From an uncultured Chthonomonadaceae bacterium (GTDB lineage: Bacteria; Armatimonadota; Chthonomonadetes; Chthonomonadales; Chthonomonadaceae), in contig CAWFQB010000007.1 in assembly GCA_963817895.1 (NCBI GenBank), positions 1 to 64,000 of the forward strand: a stretch of 64,000 bases of DNA, given 5' to 3'. Shown here piece after piece: positions 10,701-20,040 of this stretch (the first letter of the stretch is position 1; every line of letters starts with the position of its first letter). Under the pieces are notes generated by a model, which saw only the letters and a program-made list of their open reading frames with translations, was not told the DNA's origin and ran no database searches. The position numbers and the translations under genes were made by a program.

Positions 10701-11263
10701 GGATGGCCCTGCGCGCGATCAACGACCGCTGGATGGAGCATCTCGCTAACATGGACTACCTGCGCGAAGGCATCGGGTTGCGCGGCTATGAGCAGAAAGA
10801 CCCCCTTCTTATCTACCAGAAGGAGGCGTTCGACGAGTTCGAGCGGATGCAGCAGTCCATTCAGGATGACATCGTGCGCAACCTGTTCCGTATGCAGGTG
10901 GTGCAGCAGCCGCAGGAGTTCCAGTTGCCGCAACTGGACGTACAGAGCATGGAACTACCGCCGAATGTCGCGCCCGCCATTCCGCTTCCCGGTGGGCTGC
11001 CGCGTCCGGTTCGGCGCAACCGCGAAACCACGCCGGGTGACGTGTCCGCCGCCTTAGAGCCGCCGATGAGCATGGTGACAAACGTGACCGCCAACCGCGA
11101 AGGCGTGGAAGTCGCCAGCGTGGCCGGAGCCGTGGAAGCCAACAAGAGCGCGGGCAGCAAACTCCGCCCGGACGGCGCGCCCGCCGATTGGAAGGGTGGC
11201 CGCAACGATCCCTGCTGGTGCGGCAGCGGCGAAAAGTTCAAGCGCTGTCACGGCAAAGTGTAG
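7781..11263 (+). CDS. secA: Preprotein translocase ATPase SecA
   Basis: [60 protein letters not shown] and C-terminal SEC-C [19 protein letters not shown] RBS before ATG 7781. Confidence 0.98.
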   Translation: [1160 protein letters not shown]

Positions 11264-11271
11264 TTGCGGAA

Positions 11272-11320
11272 TAGCCCTCAACCCCTAGCCCCTTCTCCCA
11301 AAAAGCGTGGGAGAAGGGGA
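11272..11320. repeat. REP-like hairpin element (GCCCTCA..CCCCTTCTCCC-loop-GGGAGAAGGGG)
   Basis: Near-identical inverted copy at 59801-59846; related copies at 40065-40135 and 55792-55856. Confidence 0.75.
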
Positions 11321-11629
11321 ATTTGTTGGTACAGGCTCAAAGCAGGAAAAATATGTAGAGACAGCGTCGAAATAGTGGCAATGCAGCGCTTCCAGCCCGA
11401 TGTCTCGTTGTGTCAAATTGTGTGTAGAGGCGTCGTGACCTCAGCGGCGTCAGGGCGGTCGGGTGTGGACAGGCATCTTCTGCACCTCCCTTCCTGTGTG
11501 TCTGGCTTCTATATAGTACCTGCCTGGATAGTAGATGTTTGTACACTGCATCAGACAGGTGGAGTCGGGCGAAGGTTTCGTCTTTTTTGCGTTGTTCCGA
11601 TCTTTTTTCTGTCTTTTTTGCTGAATTGT

Positions 11630-11680
11630 TGCTGGCGTGGCAACGGCGAAAAGTACATGCGCTGTCATGGCAAGGTGAAG
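11630..11680 (+). repeat. Degenerate direct repeat of the last 17 codons of secA
   Basis: 43/51 nt identical to 11213-11263; reads CWRGNGEKYMRCHGKVK versus [16 protein letters not shown]. Confidence 0.8.
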
Positions 11681-11700
11681 TTTCCAGTATTTGATACGCA

Positions 11701-11729
11701 TTGACAATTTGCCTCCTTTCCTTTATAAT
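11701..11729 (+). promoter_or_regulatory. Perfect-consensus sigma70 promoter
   Basis: TTGACA (11701-11706), 17-bp spacer, TATAAT (11724-11729). Confidence 0.7.
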
Positions 11730-11802
11730 GGGATGCGTAAACAGATCGAGACGATTTTCTCAGGCGTTTACTTTTCCCTGACAGCAGGAAGGAGGCTTTG
11801 TT

Positions 11803-11976
11803 ATGGCAGATACTTTTGAGGTCTTAACCTTAGATAATCCTGATAAGTTGCTGAACACGAAAACCAATGTAGAGGCAACTGTCAGAAGTGGATTACCTTC
11901 TGGTGTAACCATTTCTCCCCCCTGCATGAACTCATCAGCGAAGCCGACAAAGCGGAAGCGGATAAGCAATGGGTGA
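11803..11976 (+). CDS. Small hypothetical 57-aa ORF (possible gene remnant), below the ORF-track cutoff
   Basis: AAGGAGG RBS; consensus promoter upstream; MADTFEVLTLDNPDK...; stop overlaps the GTG of the next gene. Confidence 0.4.
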   Translation: MADTFEVLTLDNPDKLLNTKTNVEATVRSGLPSGVTISPPCMNSSAKPTKRKRISNG

Positions 11977-12212
11977 TAGAAAAGACAAACGCTGAAATAG
12001 TTGGCAAGCGTGGCGAAGAGAGATATCAGAAACAAATACGGCACGAAGTAGAAGCGGAACACCGGGGCAAATACCTGATACTTGACGTTGATACCGGCTG
12101 CTATGAGATTGACACGGATATTGTGGCGGCCTCACTCCGCATCTATGAACGCCATCCCGATGCAAGGCTTTACACGGTTCGCGTCGGCTATCCGTCTGCT
12201 GTTAAAGTATAG
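11973..12212 (+). CDS. Small hypothetical protein (DUF5678-like)
   Basis: RGEERY...IR..VE.EH.GKYL.LDVDTG.YEID...RVG pattern, typical of small proteins usually paired with clan AA proteases. Confidence 0.65.
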   Translation: MIEKTNAEIVGKRGEERYQKQIRHEVEAEHRGKYLILDVDTGCYEIDTDIVAASLRIYERHPDARLYTVRVGYPSAVKV

Positions 12213-12414
12213 CCTGAAAGGGATAGCCGCTCGTGTTACAAGGCACTGTCAATCAAGACCTTGATCCTGAACAGCCTGCTCATCTATGAGCAGGCTGTTT
12301 TCATCAACTACTATCGGCGTTCTTCAACAATAATTCCTGACAGTGGCTTGCTGCAAGGAAAAACGACCTCATGGCGAGAATACAATCAGCAAGGTAGAAT
12401 CACCTCTACAGACC

Positions 12415-15261
12415 CTAACCGGTGTTACGCAATCCCGCCGCGATGCCGTTGATGGTGGCGGCGAGGGCGTAGTTGAGTTCGTCGGACTCTTCGCCCTGCC
12501 GTTTACGGCGGAGCAGGTCGAGTTGAATGAGGCTCATCGGGTCAATGTACGGGTTGCGCAGGCGGATGCTTTCGGCGAGCATGGGGCTGGTTTCCAGCAG
12601 TTCCGTTTGCCCGGTGATACGCAGAAGGACGCGCGTTGTCCGTTCCAATTCTTCGCGGACAAGCGCGTAGACCCGTTCGCGGACGCCCACGTCCTGGACC
12701 AGATCGGCGTACCGGCGGGCTATCGTCAAATCCGCTTTGGCAAGGCCGGTTTCGACATTGCGTATCATATCCTCAAAGAGGGGAAATTTGCGCAGCATGG
12801 TTTGCAGCAATTCCTCGTGGTGGGGATCGGCGTTGAGGAACCGTTCCAGCGCGTAACCGACGCCGAAATAGCCGGGGAGGACGTGGCGGGACTGCATCCA
12901 GCCGAACACCCACGGAATGGCGCGGAGGTCGTCGAGGCCGCGCTTCTGGCTGCGCCGGGTGGGACGTGAGCCGATACGGGCGTGTTCCAGTTCGCCAACG
13001 GGCGTGGCTTCCTCGAAATAGGGCAGAATATCGGGGTTCTCGGCGACGTTGGCGCGGTAAAACTGAAACGCCTCTTCCGACATGCCATCCAGAGCGGCTT
13101 CCCATTCGGGTTCGATGTTCGCGCCCCACCCGCCCGCCCGCGTCAGGGCTTCGAGGGATGCGGCGATTGTCAGTTCCAGATTGCGTTCGGCAATCACGCC
13201 ATCCGCGAATTTCCAGTTGAGAACCTCGCCCTGTTCGGTGATTTTGAGCGGGCCGTCAAAAGAGTGGGGCGGCTGCGCGGCGATGGCGCGATGGGTCGGC
13301 CCGCCGCCGCGTCCTACGGTTCCGCCCCGTCCGTGAAACAGTCTGAGTTTGACATTGCACTCCCGCGCCACTTCGTGCAACGCCTTGTGCGCCTTGAAAA
13401 TCTCCCATGTGCTGGTGAGCATCCCGCCGTCTTTGTTGCTGTCGGAGTAGCCGAGCATCACCTCCTGCATCCGTCCCCACGAGTTCAAAAGCGGCGCGTA
13501 GCTTTCGGATTGCCAGAGCTGGCGGCATATATCCGGGCAATTGCGCAGGTCTTCGATGCTTTCAAACAGGGGAGTGGGCATGATGCCGGGGTCACTGCCG
13601 TCCTCGCTTGCCGCCACGCAGACGCCGTTGGATTGCAGCAGCCACACGAGGGAGAGCATGTCGTCCACGCCCGTCGTGCCGCTGATGATATAGGTACGGA
13701 TGGATTGGGGCGGAAATTGCCGCTTCAACTCGCCTAGCGCGCGCATGGTTTCCATCAGTTGAATGGTTTCCGGGGCGGGCGCGGGCGGCAGGACGGTTTG
13801 CGCGGTGAGGCCGATTTGCGCGCCGGTTGCGAGGTCGCGCATGGCCTGCGCGTGGATTTTGGCGTGCTGGCGAATGTCGAGCGTATGCAGATGAAAGCCG
13901 AACGCCTGCGCCTGCCGCAACAGCGGAGTCAACAGCAGACCGGCAAGGCGGGCGCCCCGATTTGCTGTCAAACTGTCGCGCACAAGGCTCAGGTCGGCGG
14001 CAAAGGCTTCCGCGTTGGGGTAGGCGTGAAGGGTTTGCGGCGAAGGGGGCGCGTCCTGCGGTTCCACGCTGCTTTTCAGGCGGAACAGGACATAGGCGAG
14101 AAAGCCGCGATAACTCTCTTCGGGTGATTTGGTGCGAAACTGCCCCTCGTCCAATCGGATACTCTGCCCGTAATCGGCAAGCGCGGTTTTCAATGCTTCG
14201 GATACCGACTGCTGTTTTGCCGAGGAACTGAGCTGTTCGATAATTTCTTCAACCGCGTGTATGTAGTGCGTCAGAATAGCGCGGCGGGCAAGCAGGAGGG
14301 CGTTGCGGGTGGTTTCGGGCGTGACGAACGGGTTGCCGTCTCGGTCGCCGCCGATCCACGATCCGAAGCGCAGCACATCCGGCAATTGTTCGGGCGCGAG
14401 GGGAATGTTGTAAACCGCGCGAAACGCATCGGCAAAGGTTTCGTACAACCGGGGCAGGCTGGCGATTAAAGCGTTCGGGTAGTAGTCCAGTCCCATACGG
14501 ATCTCATCGCGCACGGTCGGGGCGCGTCGCCGCACCTCATCCGTCTGCCACAGCGCGGTGATGTCGCCCGCCATGATGTTCTCGCGCTCCCGCGCTTCCA
14601 GATCGGTCAGGGGCAGCCAGTCCAACCGCTCGATTTGATCGGCAATGCGCCGCCGCTTGAACAGAACCGTCCGCCGCGCCACTTCGGTCGGATGCGCGGT
14701 AAACGTCGGAACCACCTCAATGCGCCCGAAAATCTCCAGCGCCTGCTCCGCGTCAATGCCGTGCCGACACAATCGCTGCAACGTTCCCAGCATGGAACCC
14801 GGCTGCGGCTTGCGGTCAGGATTTACCAGCGCCGCCCGCAATCGCCGCTTCCGATGGTTGGCTTCGGCCAGATTGGTCAACTCAAAATAGATAGAAAACG
14901 CTTTGGTAACGCAGTACGCATCCTCCACGCTCAGTTCCTGAATACACGCCTCAAGGTGTTGGGTGTTGGGTGTTGAGATTTTCGATTTTCGATTTTCGAT
15001 TTTCGATTGTGTTGTTCCTATTCCCTGTACCCTGTTCCCTGTTCCCTGTTCTCTGTACTCTATTGCCAGTCGCCGCAGGGTTTCCACGGTTTCAAAAAGT
15101 TCGGTTCCGCCCTGTTCCTGAAGGATTTCGCCGAGCAGTTTGCCTAACGAGCGCACGTCGCGGCGCAGGGGCGCCTCTTTTTCCACAGTATCCTGGGTAA
15201 TCAGTTCCAGCAGCCGCGCGGTTTGCGCCTTAGTTGCCCAGAACGGCTCTTCGCTTGCCAT
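12415..15261 (-). CDS. ppc: Phosphoenolpyruvate carboxylase
   Basis: FTAHPTE, SWIGGDRDGNP, VMLGYSDSNKDGG, FHGRGGTVGRGG, LRAIPWVF and C-terminal RNTG; GGAGGG RBS before ATG 15261. Confidence 0.97.
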   Translation of the reverse strand: MASEEPFWATKAQTARLLELITQDTVEKEAPLRRDVRSLGKLLGEILQEQGGTELFETVETLRRLAIEYREQGTGNRVQGIGTTQSKIENRKSKISTPNTQHLEACIQELSVEDAYCVTKAFSIYFELTNLAEANHRKRRLRAALVNPDRKPQPGSMLGTLQRLCRHGIDAEQALEIFGRIEVVPTFTAHPTEVARRTVLFKRRRIADQIERLDWLPLTDLEARERENIMAGDITALWQTDEVRRRAPTVRDEIRMGLDYYPNALIASLPRLYETFADAFRAVYNIPLAPEQLPDVLRFGSWIGGDRDGNPFVTPETTRNALLLARRAILTHYIHAVEEIIEQLSSSAKQQSVSEALKTALADYGQSIRLDEGQFRTKSPEESYRGFLAYVLFRLKSSVEPQDAPPSPQTLHAYPNAEAFAADLSLVRDSLTANRGARLAGLLLTPLLRQAQAFGFHLHTLDIRQHAKIHAQAMRDLATGAQIGLTAQTVLPPAPAPETIQLMETMRALGELKRQFPPQSIRTYIISGTTGVDDMLSLVWLLQSNGVCVAASEDGSDPGIMPTPLFESIEDLRNCPDICRQLWQSESYAPLLNSWGRMQEVMLGYSDSNKDGGMLTSTWEIFKAHKALHEVARECNVKLRLFHGRGGTVGRGGGPTHRAIAAQPPHSFDGPLKITEQGEVLNWKFADGVIAERNLELTIAASLEALTRAGGWGANIEPEWEAALDGMSEEAFQFYRANVAENPDILPYFEEATPVGELEHARIGSRPTRRSQKRGLDDLRAIPWVFGWMQSRHVLPGYFGVGYALERFLNADPHHEELLQTMLRKFPLFEDMIRNVETGLAKADLTIARRYADLVQDVGVRERVYALVREELERTTRVLLRITGQTELLETSPMLAESIRLRNPYIDPMSLIQLDLLRRKRQGEESDELNYALAATINGIAAGLRNTG
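14955..15058. repeat. Three adjacent heptamer tandem arrays inside ppc, frame preserved
   Basis: (GGTGTTG)x3, (GATTTTC)x4 and (CCCTGTT)-like x5-6, encoding EQGTGNRVQGIGTTQSKIENRKSKISTPNTQHL. Confidence 0.85.
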
Positions 15262-15379
15262 GCGCCCTCCTTCGCTCGTCACATTCTCGTCACAATAATG
15301 TTGTATATACGCGGAATGACCGCAATTGTTCGGACAGATGGTTCTTCTTTCCTGCCACAACGTAAAATGTACGTGGTCA

Positions 15380-15408
15380 TTGACAGTTAATTAAATCACG
15401 ATTATAAT
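15380..15408 (+). promoter_or_regulatory. Perfect-consensus sigma70 promoter
   Basis: TTGACA (15380-15385), 17-bp spacer, TATAAT (15403-15408), upstream of the 15578 gene. Confidence 0.65.
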
Positions 15409-15577
15409 ATATTTTGAAATATTGCGTTTTACACGCTTCAATCGAATCTCTCGCCTTACGAGGATGGGTTTACAGCAGTTATACCCATAAGTGGAGCTAC
15501 CCTTCTTGAAAAAGCTCCGGAGAAGGGGAACCGGTAGAGCAGGCTCTTATAGCGCGGTATGAATACGGAGAGGAGAA

Positions 15578-16575
15578 ATGATGAGCGAAGAGAACGAAGG
15601 GCCGGAAATCGAAATCACCGATTCCATAATCATGGACTCTAAAATTTCGGCGCAGGAGAAATCAGGCTTTACGCCATTTTTGGAAACAACGCGGCAGGCT
15701 TCGGACCGGTCGCGGTTTATGATCTACCTGATACTGGTGGCGGTTGTCGCCAGTTTCGGCGTCTACCGTTCCGGGCGAGCGCCGGGCTGGAACAGCAAGC
15801 GTATCGCTTTCTATGAAAAAGTACCCGGCTGCTATAAGCCGGACTGGCAACATTCGAAGGACTCGGAATGTGCCTATATCTACACCCATCGCAAGGAACT
15901 TGGCGTTCCCGTGCCCGAAGTTTATAGCGCGGAAGTCGCCAAATCGCTGAACGAAACGTACAAGTTACAGCGCGAAGACGCTATCAAAGCCCGTCAGGAG
16001 GCGCTTACCATCAGCGTCCCCATTTTGGGCGCGAAATTCGACATCAATGATCTGGGACTGGTGAGCGGCGCGTCGCTTACGGCACTGCTGTTCATGCTGT
16101 ACGCTTCCACCCTGCGCGAAACGGAGAACTTGCGTAGAGCGATGGACAAAGCGCAAACGTTACAGATTTGACGCTGCTCGAATCCACGCAAGTGTTTTCT
16201 TCCGCCAACCACAACAACTCGCTGGCGGAGATTGTCACGGCTGTGCTGTACGCCCTGCCCGTGTTGATTTTAGTCACCATAGACCGATATGACTGGATAC
16301 GGCGCGTCAACAGTATTTTTCTGGAAGGGAACATCGCTTATTACATCGAGTACGCGATCAAGCTGGTATTCACAGCGGCCATAGCGCGTGGCGCGTATCT
16401 ATGCTGGCATCAGTCCCGCGCCATCAATCGGCAACTGGATAAATTAGGCGAAAAAAAGCGTGAATTTGAATTGCGCGAGAAAGAGGAACGCGAACAAAAA
16501 GAGCGCGAACAGACGGAACAAGCCGCTCCCCGCGCCTCTGTCCCCGCGCGACAAAACAGGAAAATTTCCCGCTAA
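15578..16575 (+). CDS. Hypothetical multi-pass membrane protein, probably one gene split by a frameshift near 16165
   Basis: ORFs 15578-16171 and 16168-16575 each carry TM segments; GGAGAGGAG RBS only before the first. Confidence 0.55.
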
Positions 16576-16641
16576 ACACTTTATCAGCGTAGATGCCGCT
16601 TTTGATAGCTACGGCGTACAGCGTTTGTGGTAAGAACGCAA

Positions 16642-17490
16642 CTACGCCTCGTAACCATTGCCTTCTGCATTGGACGCGCGAAGCAACTGCTGTGGTTCCG
16701 TTGGCGCAGTGGCAACAGTGGGGCGCAGCAGCATGTCAGGTGAAGTGGTTGAGGCGCTGGCGCGAAGCAGGGTTTGTTCCACGCGCAGCTGTTCGGCGCG
16801 TGTCGTCAGGTAGGGCAAGCACTCTTGCGCGGCAGCCCGCACCTCCAAATTACGCGCGGTACGCGCCGCTTTTTCGACATACGGAATCGCTTTCTCATCC
16901 CCAATTTGTTCCAACGCGCGCAAAATCGCTATTTTCAAATCCGCGCTCCAGTAGTTGATGCTCCAGGGATTGCGCTCATTGCGGCTTAAGATTGTGTATA
17001 AGAGTTTGCGCTGACCGGGCGTAAGCAGGTTCGCGTCCGTCACTCGTAAGCGCGGCAGCAGCCGTATCAGCGCCGGTCTAGTATCCCCCAATATAAATCG
17101 TCCATTCATCCCGTAAACATCCAGCAGCGCCCCAGCCGCCTGTGATATATCCAGAGCGCCAATATTGGAGATAGCAACTTTCGCCTGCGATTGCGCCGCA
17201 TGTGCCAGGATAATCGCAGTTATTGCAGCCACGACAACAAAGTCGTTCATTGGGTGATGACCAATAAGGCGATCATGCACATAGACTGCAAGGTAAAGCA
17301 AACAAGCCGTCGTAATCGAATACACTTGCAGATTGCGACATTGACGGATACGGCGCGTATCGTCGGCAATCAGGGCGTACAATTCCGCTTGCGCCTGCTG
17401 CCGCTCCGTTTCGTCGGAACTGTTCAGGCGGCGGGAAAGGGCAACGGTATCAATATGGGTGGGAAATGTGAGCATAGGTAATTTTTTCAT
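16642..17490 (-). CDS. Membrane protein with HEAT-like repeat and repeated LLRA/LLRP C-terminal motif
   Basis: Two TM helices; AILRALEQIGDEKAIPYVE; VRAAAQECL; tail TLLRAS..MLLRP..QLLRAS; start taken at MKKLPM. Confidence 0.7.
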   Translation of the reverse strand: MKKLPMLTFPTHIDTVALSRRLNSSDETERQQAQAELYALIADDTRRIRQCRNLQVYSITTACLLYLAVYVHDRLIGHHPMNDFVVVAAITAIILAHAAQSQAKVAISNIGALDISQAAGALLDVYGMNGRFILGDTRPALIRLLPRLRVTDANLLTPGQRKLLYTILSRNERNPWSINYWSADLKIAILRALEQIGDEKAIPYVEKAARTARNLEVRAAAQECLPYLTTRAEQLRVEQTLLRASASTTSPDMLLRPTVATAPTEPQQLLRASNAEGNGYEA

Positions 17491-17592
17491 CGTGAGCGCG
17501 TACTCTATTTGCGCATTACTTTCGCGATTGGGGCGCGTCGTACCAGCGTAAATTTCGCATGTGAAAATAACCCTGTTGTTTAAGGAGAAACC

Positions 17593-18054
17593 ATGCCTAC
17601 TCGCGCAGAACCAGAACAACTCGACGCTTTCAACACCCATACTCCCCGCCCTGCGCCTGTTGATCCCAAAATTACGCCGCATCCCGATGAGGTTGCCGCC
17701 CACCTTGCCAATGAGCGCACGTTTCTGGCATGGAGTTTCACGTCGCTGTTTATCATGAGCAGCGGGGTCGGCCTGGCGCGAACGCTGGTTGCCCTGAATA
17801 TGTCGCCGCTGACCTCAGGAGAAGGCGGATTTGTGTCTGCCCTTTTCTACCCCACGACGATGGGGCTGCTGTTTTTAGGGGCGGGGCTGTTGGTTATGAT
17901 CATGTCGGTATGTCGCTATATGAGCATCCAAGAGCAGATCATTGAGCGCCGCTTTCGCCCTTCATCAACGTGGGTCATGGTATATCTCGCTATTATTCTT
18001 GGAATATGCGCGGTTCTGGCAGGCTATATGCTGCAATTGCGGGGATCGTTGTGA
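17593..18054 (+). CDS. DUF202/YidH-family inner-membrane protein
   Basis: HLANERTFLAW motif; three TM segments; AAGGAG RBS. Confidence 0.85.
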   Translation: MPTRAEPEQLDAFNTHTPRPAPVDPKITPHPDEVAAHLANERTFLAWSFTSLFIMSSGVGLARTLVALNMSPLTSGEGGFVSALFYPTTMGLLFLGAGLLVMIMSVCRYMSIQEQIIERRFRPSSTWVMVYLAIILGICAVLAGYMLQLRGSL

Positions 18055-18190
18055 TTTGCGACAGACGACATACCGGGCTTGCAGATACTTGCCATAGAAG
18101 TCCCGTCGCAGCAGATACCCCGCGCGAGTTCCGTCAAGACTATTGCGAGGAGGCAGTGTTGTAGTCATAGTCGGCACAGGCGCAGTATTC

Positions 18191-19921
18191 TCATTTCGAT
18201 TTTGGCGTCGGGCTGATCAGGCGAAGCGTTTGAAGTTGAGCGGGATTGATTTTTATCTCCACCGCGCCGTTTGTAACTGGCAGCGGCGCGAGATCGGTTT
18301 CGATATGCATAGCCTGTGTTGCCGAAGATAAGCCGGCAGTCAGGGCGACGCGGACGGTGGACGGCACGGCAGAAAGGTTCCACAGCCGCGCGATCACGCC
18401 TTTTTCAATTCCCTCTTCGGCAGGCTTGACCGTCCACAAGATCGTGTTGGGGTCGCTGAGAGTCAGCAGCGCGTACCCGTTCGCCGGATACGGGCTGGTT
18501 TCCGTTCCGCTGATTCCGCCCGTCACGAGCGGATTCTGGTGTTCGAGCGCGAAGCGCATGGCGACTGTCGGATCGTAGGCTCCATGCGGGCGCAGGGAAA
18601 ACCGCTGTAGAAAACTTGTGGCTCCATTCTGGTCCTGGATGCCGAGATAGCGGCCGTCTACCTGGCCGCCCGCCAGAACGTTGATTTGCGGCGTGGCAAC
18701 GTCAAGCGTTTTGGCCGTGCTGTTGCCCAATTTCGCGAAACTACAATCGGCATTGGAAAGCGTCACGCCCTTTGTTCCCGTCCCGTCCGTAATGTCCGCG
18801 AAATGGTTCAGGGTCACATGATCGTAGCGGGCGTGGGTGTCGGCGTAATCGCCGCCCTGCGACTTGAGCCGGTCCCGAATAATCGCGCCGACCTCTTCGG
18901 TGTGAATGTCGGGGGCCGCAAGGTTGAAGCCGAAACTCCAGTAGCGAAGATTGCTGAAGTTGGCGGTGATATGATTGCGAATGTCAATCCTGTCCGAATC
19001 GCGGTATACCGTGATCCATGTCGTATGCTCCACCCCGGCGCGTCCCTCACAGCGCAGCGTTGTGGAAACCGGCCCGCTGTTTTCCACCGTAATCGCGCCG
19101 CCCTCGTCACCCGGCGACAAATCATTGAGTTTCAGCCCGCCAATGGCAGCGGCAAGTTCCGCATTTCCCCGCTTCTTATCTATCAGGCTGGCGATAGCGC
19201 CATCCGGTTCGAGCGTAATTCTAATCGCGCTATTTTCAACAATTCGATTGTCGCCGCTCACCATAACGGCGGGGCTTTGGGGCGCGGAACCGGGGCCGCT
19301 CAGAATTTCATAGGCTTTGTAACCCGTTGGCGGCACGTCGCTTGCCCAAATTCGCAGATAGCCTGCGCCCTCCAGCGTGACGATCTGGCGCGGCACATCC
19401 TTACCCGTCGTCACATCGCGGACATGGATGTTGGCGGAGCCGGTATAGGCGAAATCCGCAAAATCCGAGCGAACCGAGCCGAGCGGATTGAGCGCGTAGA
19501 AACGCCGGGCAGAAGCAGGCTTCTGAATCAAAACCCCCAGGCGCGCGGCGGCATCGGCATGCAGGGGATTGACATAGGCTTCGATCTCGCCGGCAAGCAG
19601 TTCCTGCCAGGCGGCGCGGGAAGCGCGGGAAACCGGGCCATCCGCCGTCCAGTCATGTTCCCAGTAGAGTCCTAAATCCGTAAACGCGAGATCGCGCGCC
19701 TTTTCGCGCCCCTTCAAGAAGGTTGACTTTTGCAGGCTGACAAGCGCGCTCATCAATTCCGCCGCCCGCAATTTTTCCACCGAGCGCCGGACGCGCGCCG
19801 ATGTTTCCGCCATCGAGGCCGAATACAAATCCCACTCATTGCCATACGTGACGTTTTCCGAGGGCAGGACGCCGCCGTACCGCTTTTCAAAATCCTCAAA
19901 AAAGTCGGAGGTACTGGAAAC
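18191..19921 (-). pseudogene. GH38-like glycoside hydrolase, 3' part, separated from its 5' part by the IS
   Basis: The frame reads VSSTSDFFEDFEKRYGG..GNEWDLY..LYWEHDWTADG from the TSD onwards; C-terminal VKPAEEG..RLWN. Confidence 0.85.
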
Positions 19922-20040
19922 GGTAGCACCGCATTAAACGGTGAAAAGTAGGGTTGCGGCGCAACAGGGTGGGTGAATGCGCAAGTGGGTTCGGCTGCTT
20001 CGTAGAGTTGGTTACCACACCAAAACTCACGGAGGTCGCC

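Noticed and set aside
11213..11680. secA 3' repeat pair as a DGR template/variable repeat
   Set aside because: Mismatches are not confined to adenines of one copy, and there is no reverse transcriptase in the window.
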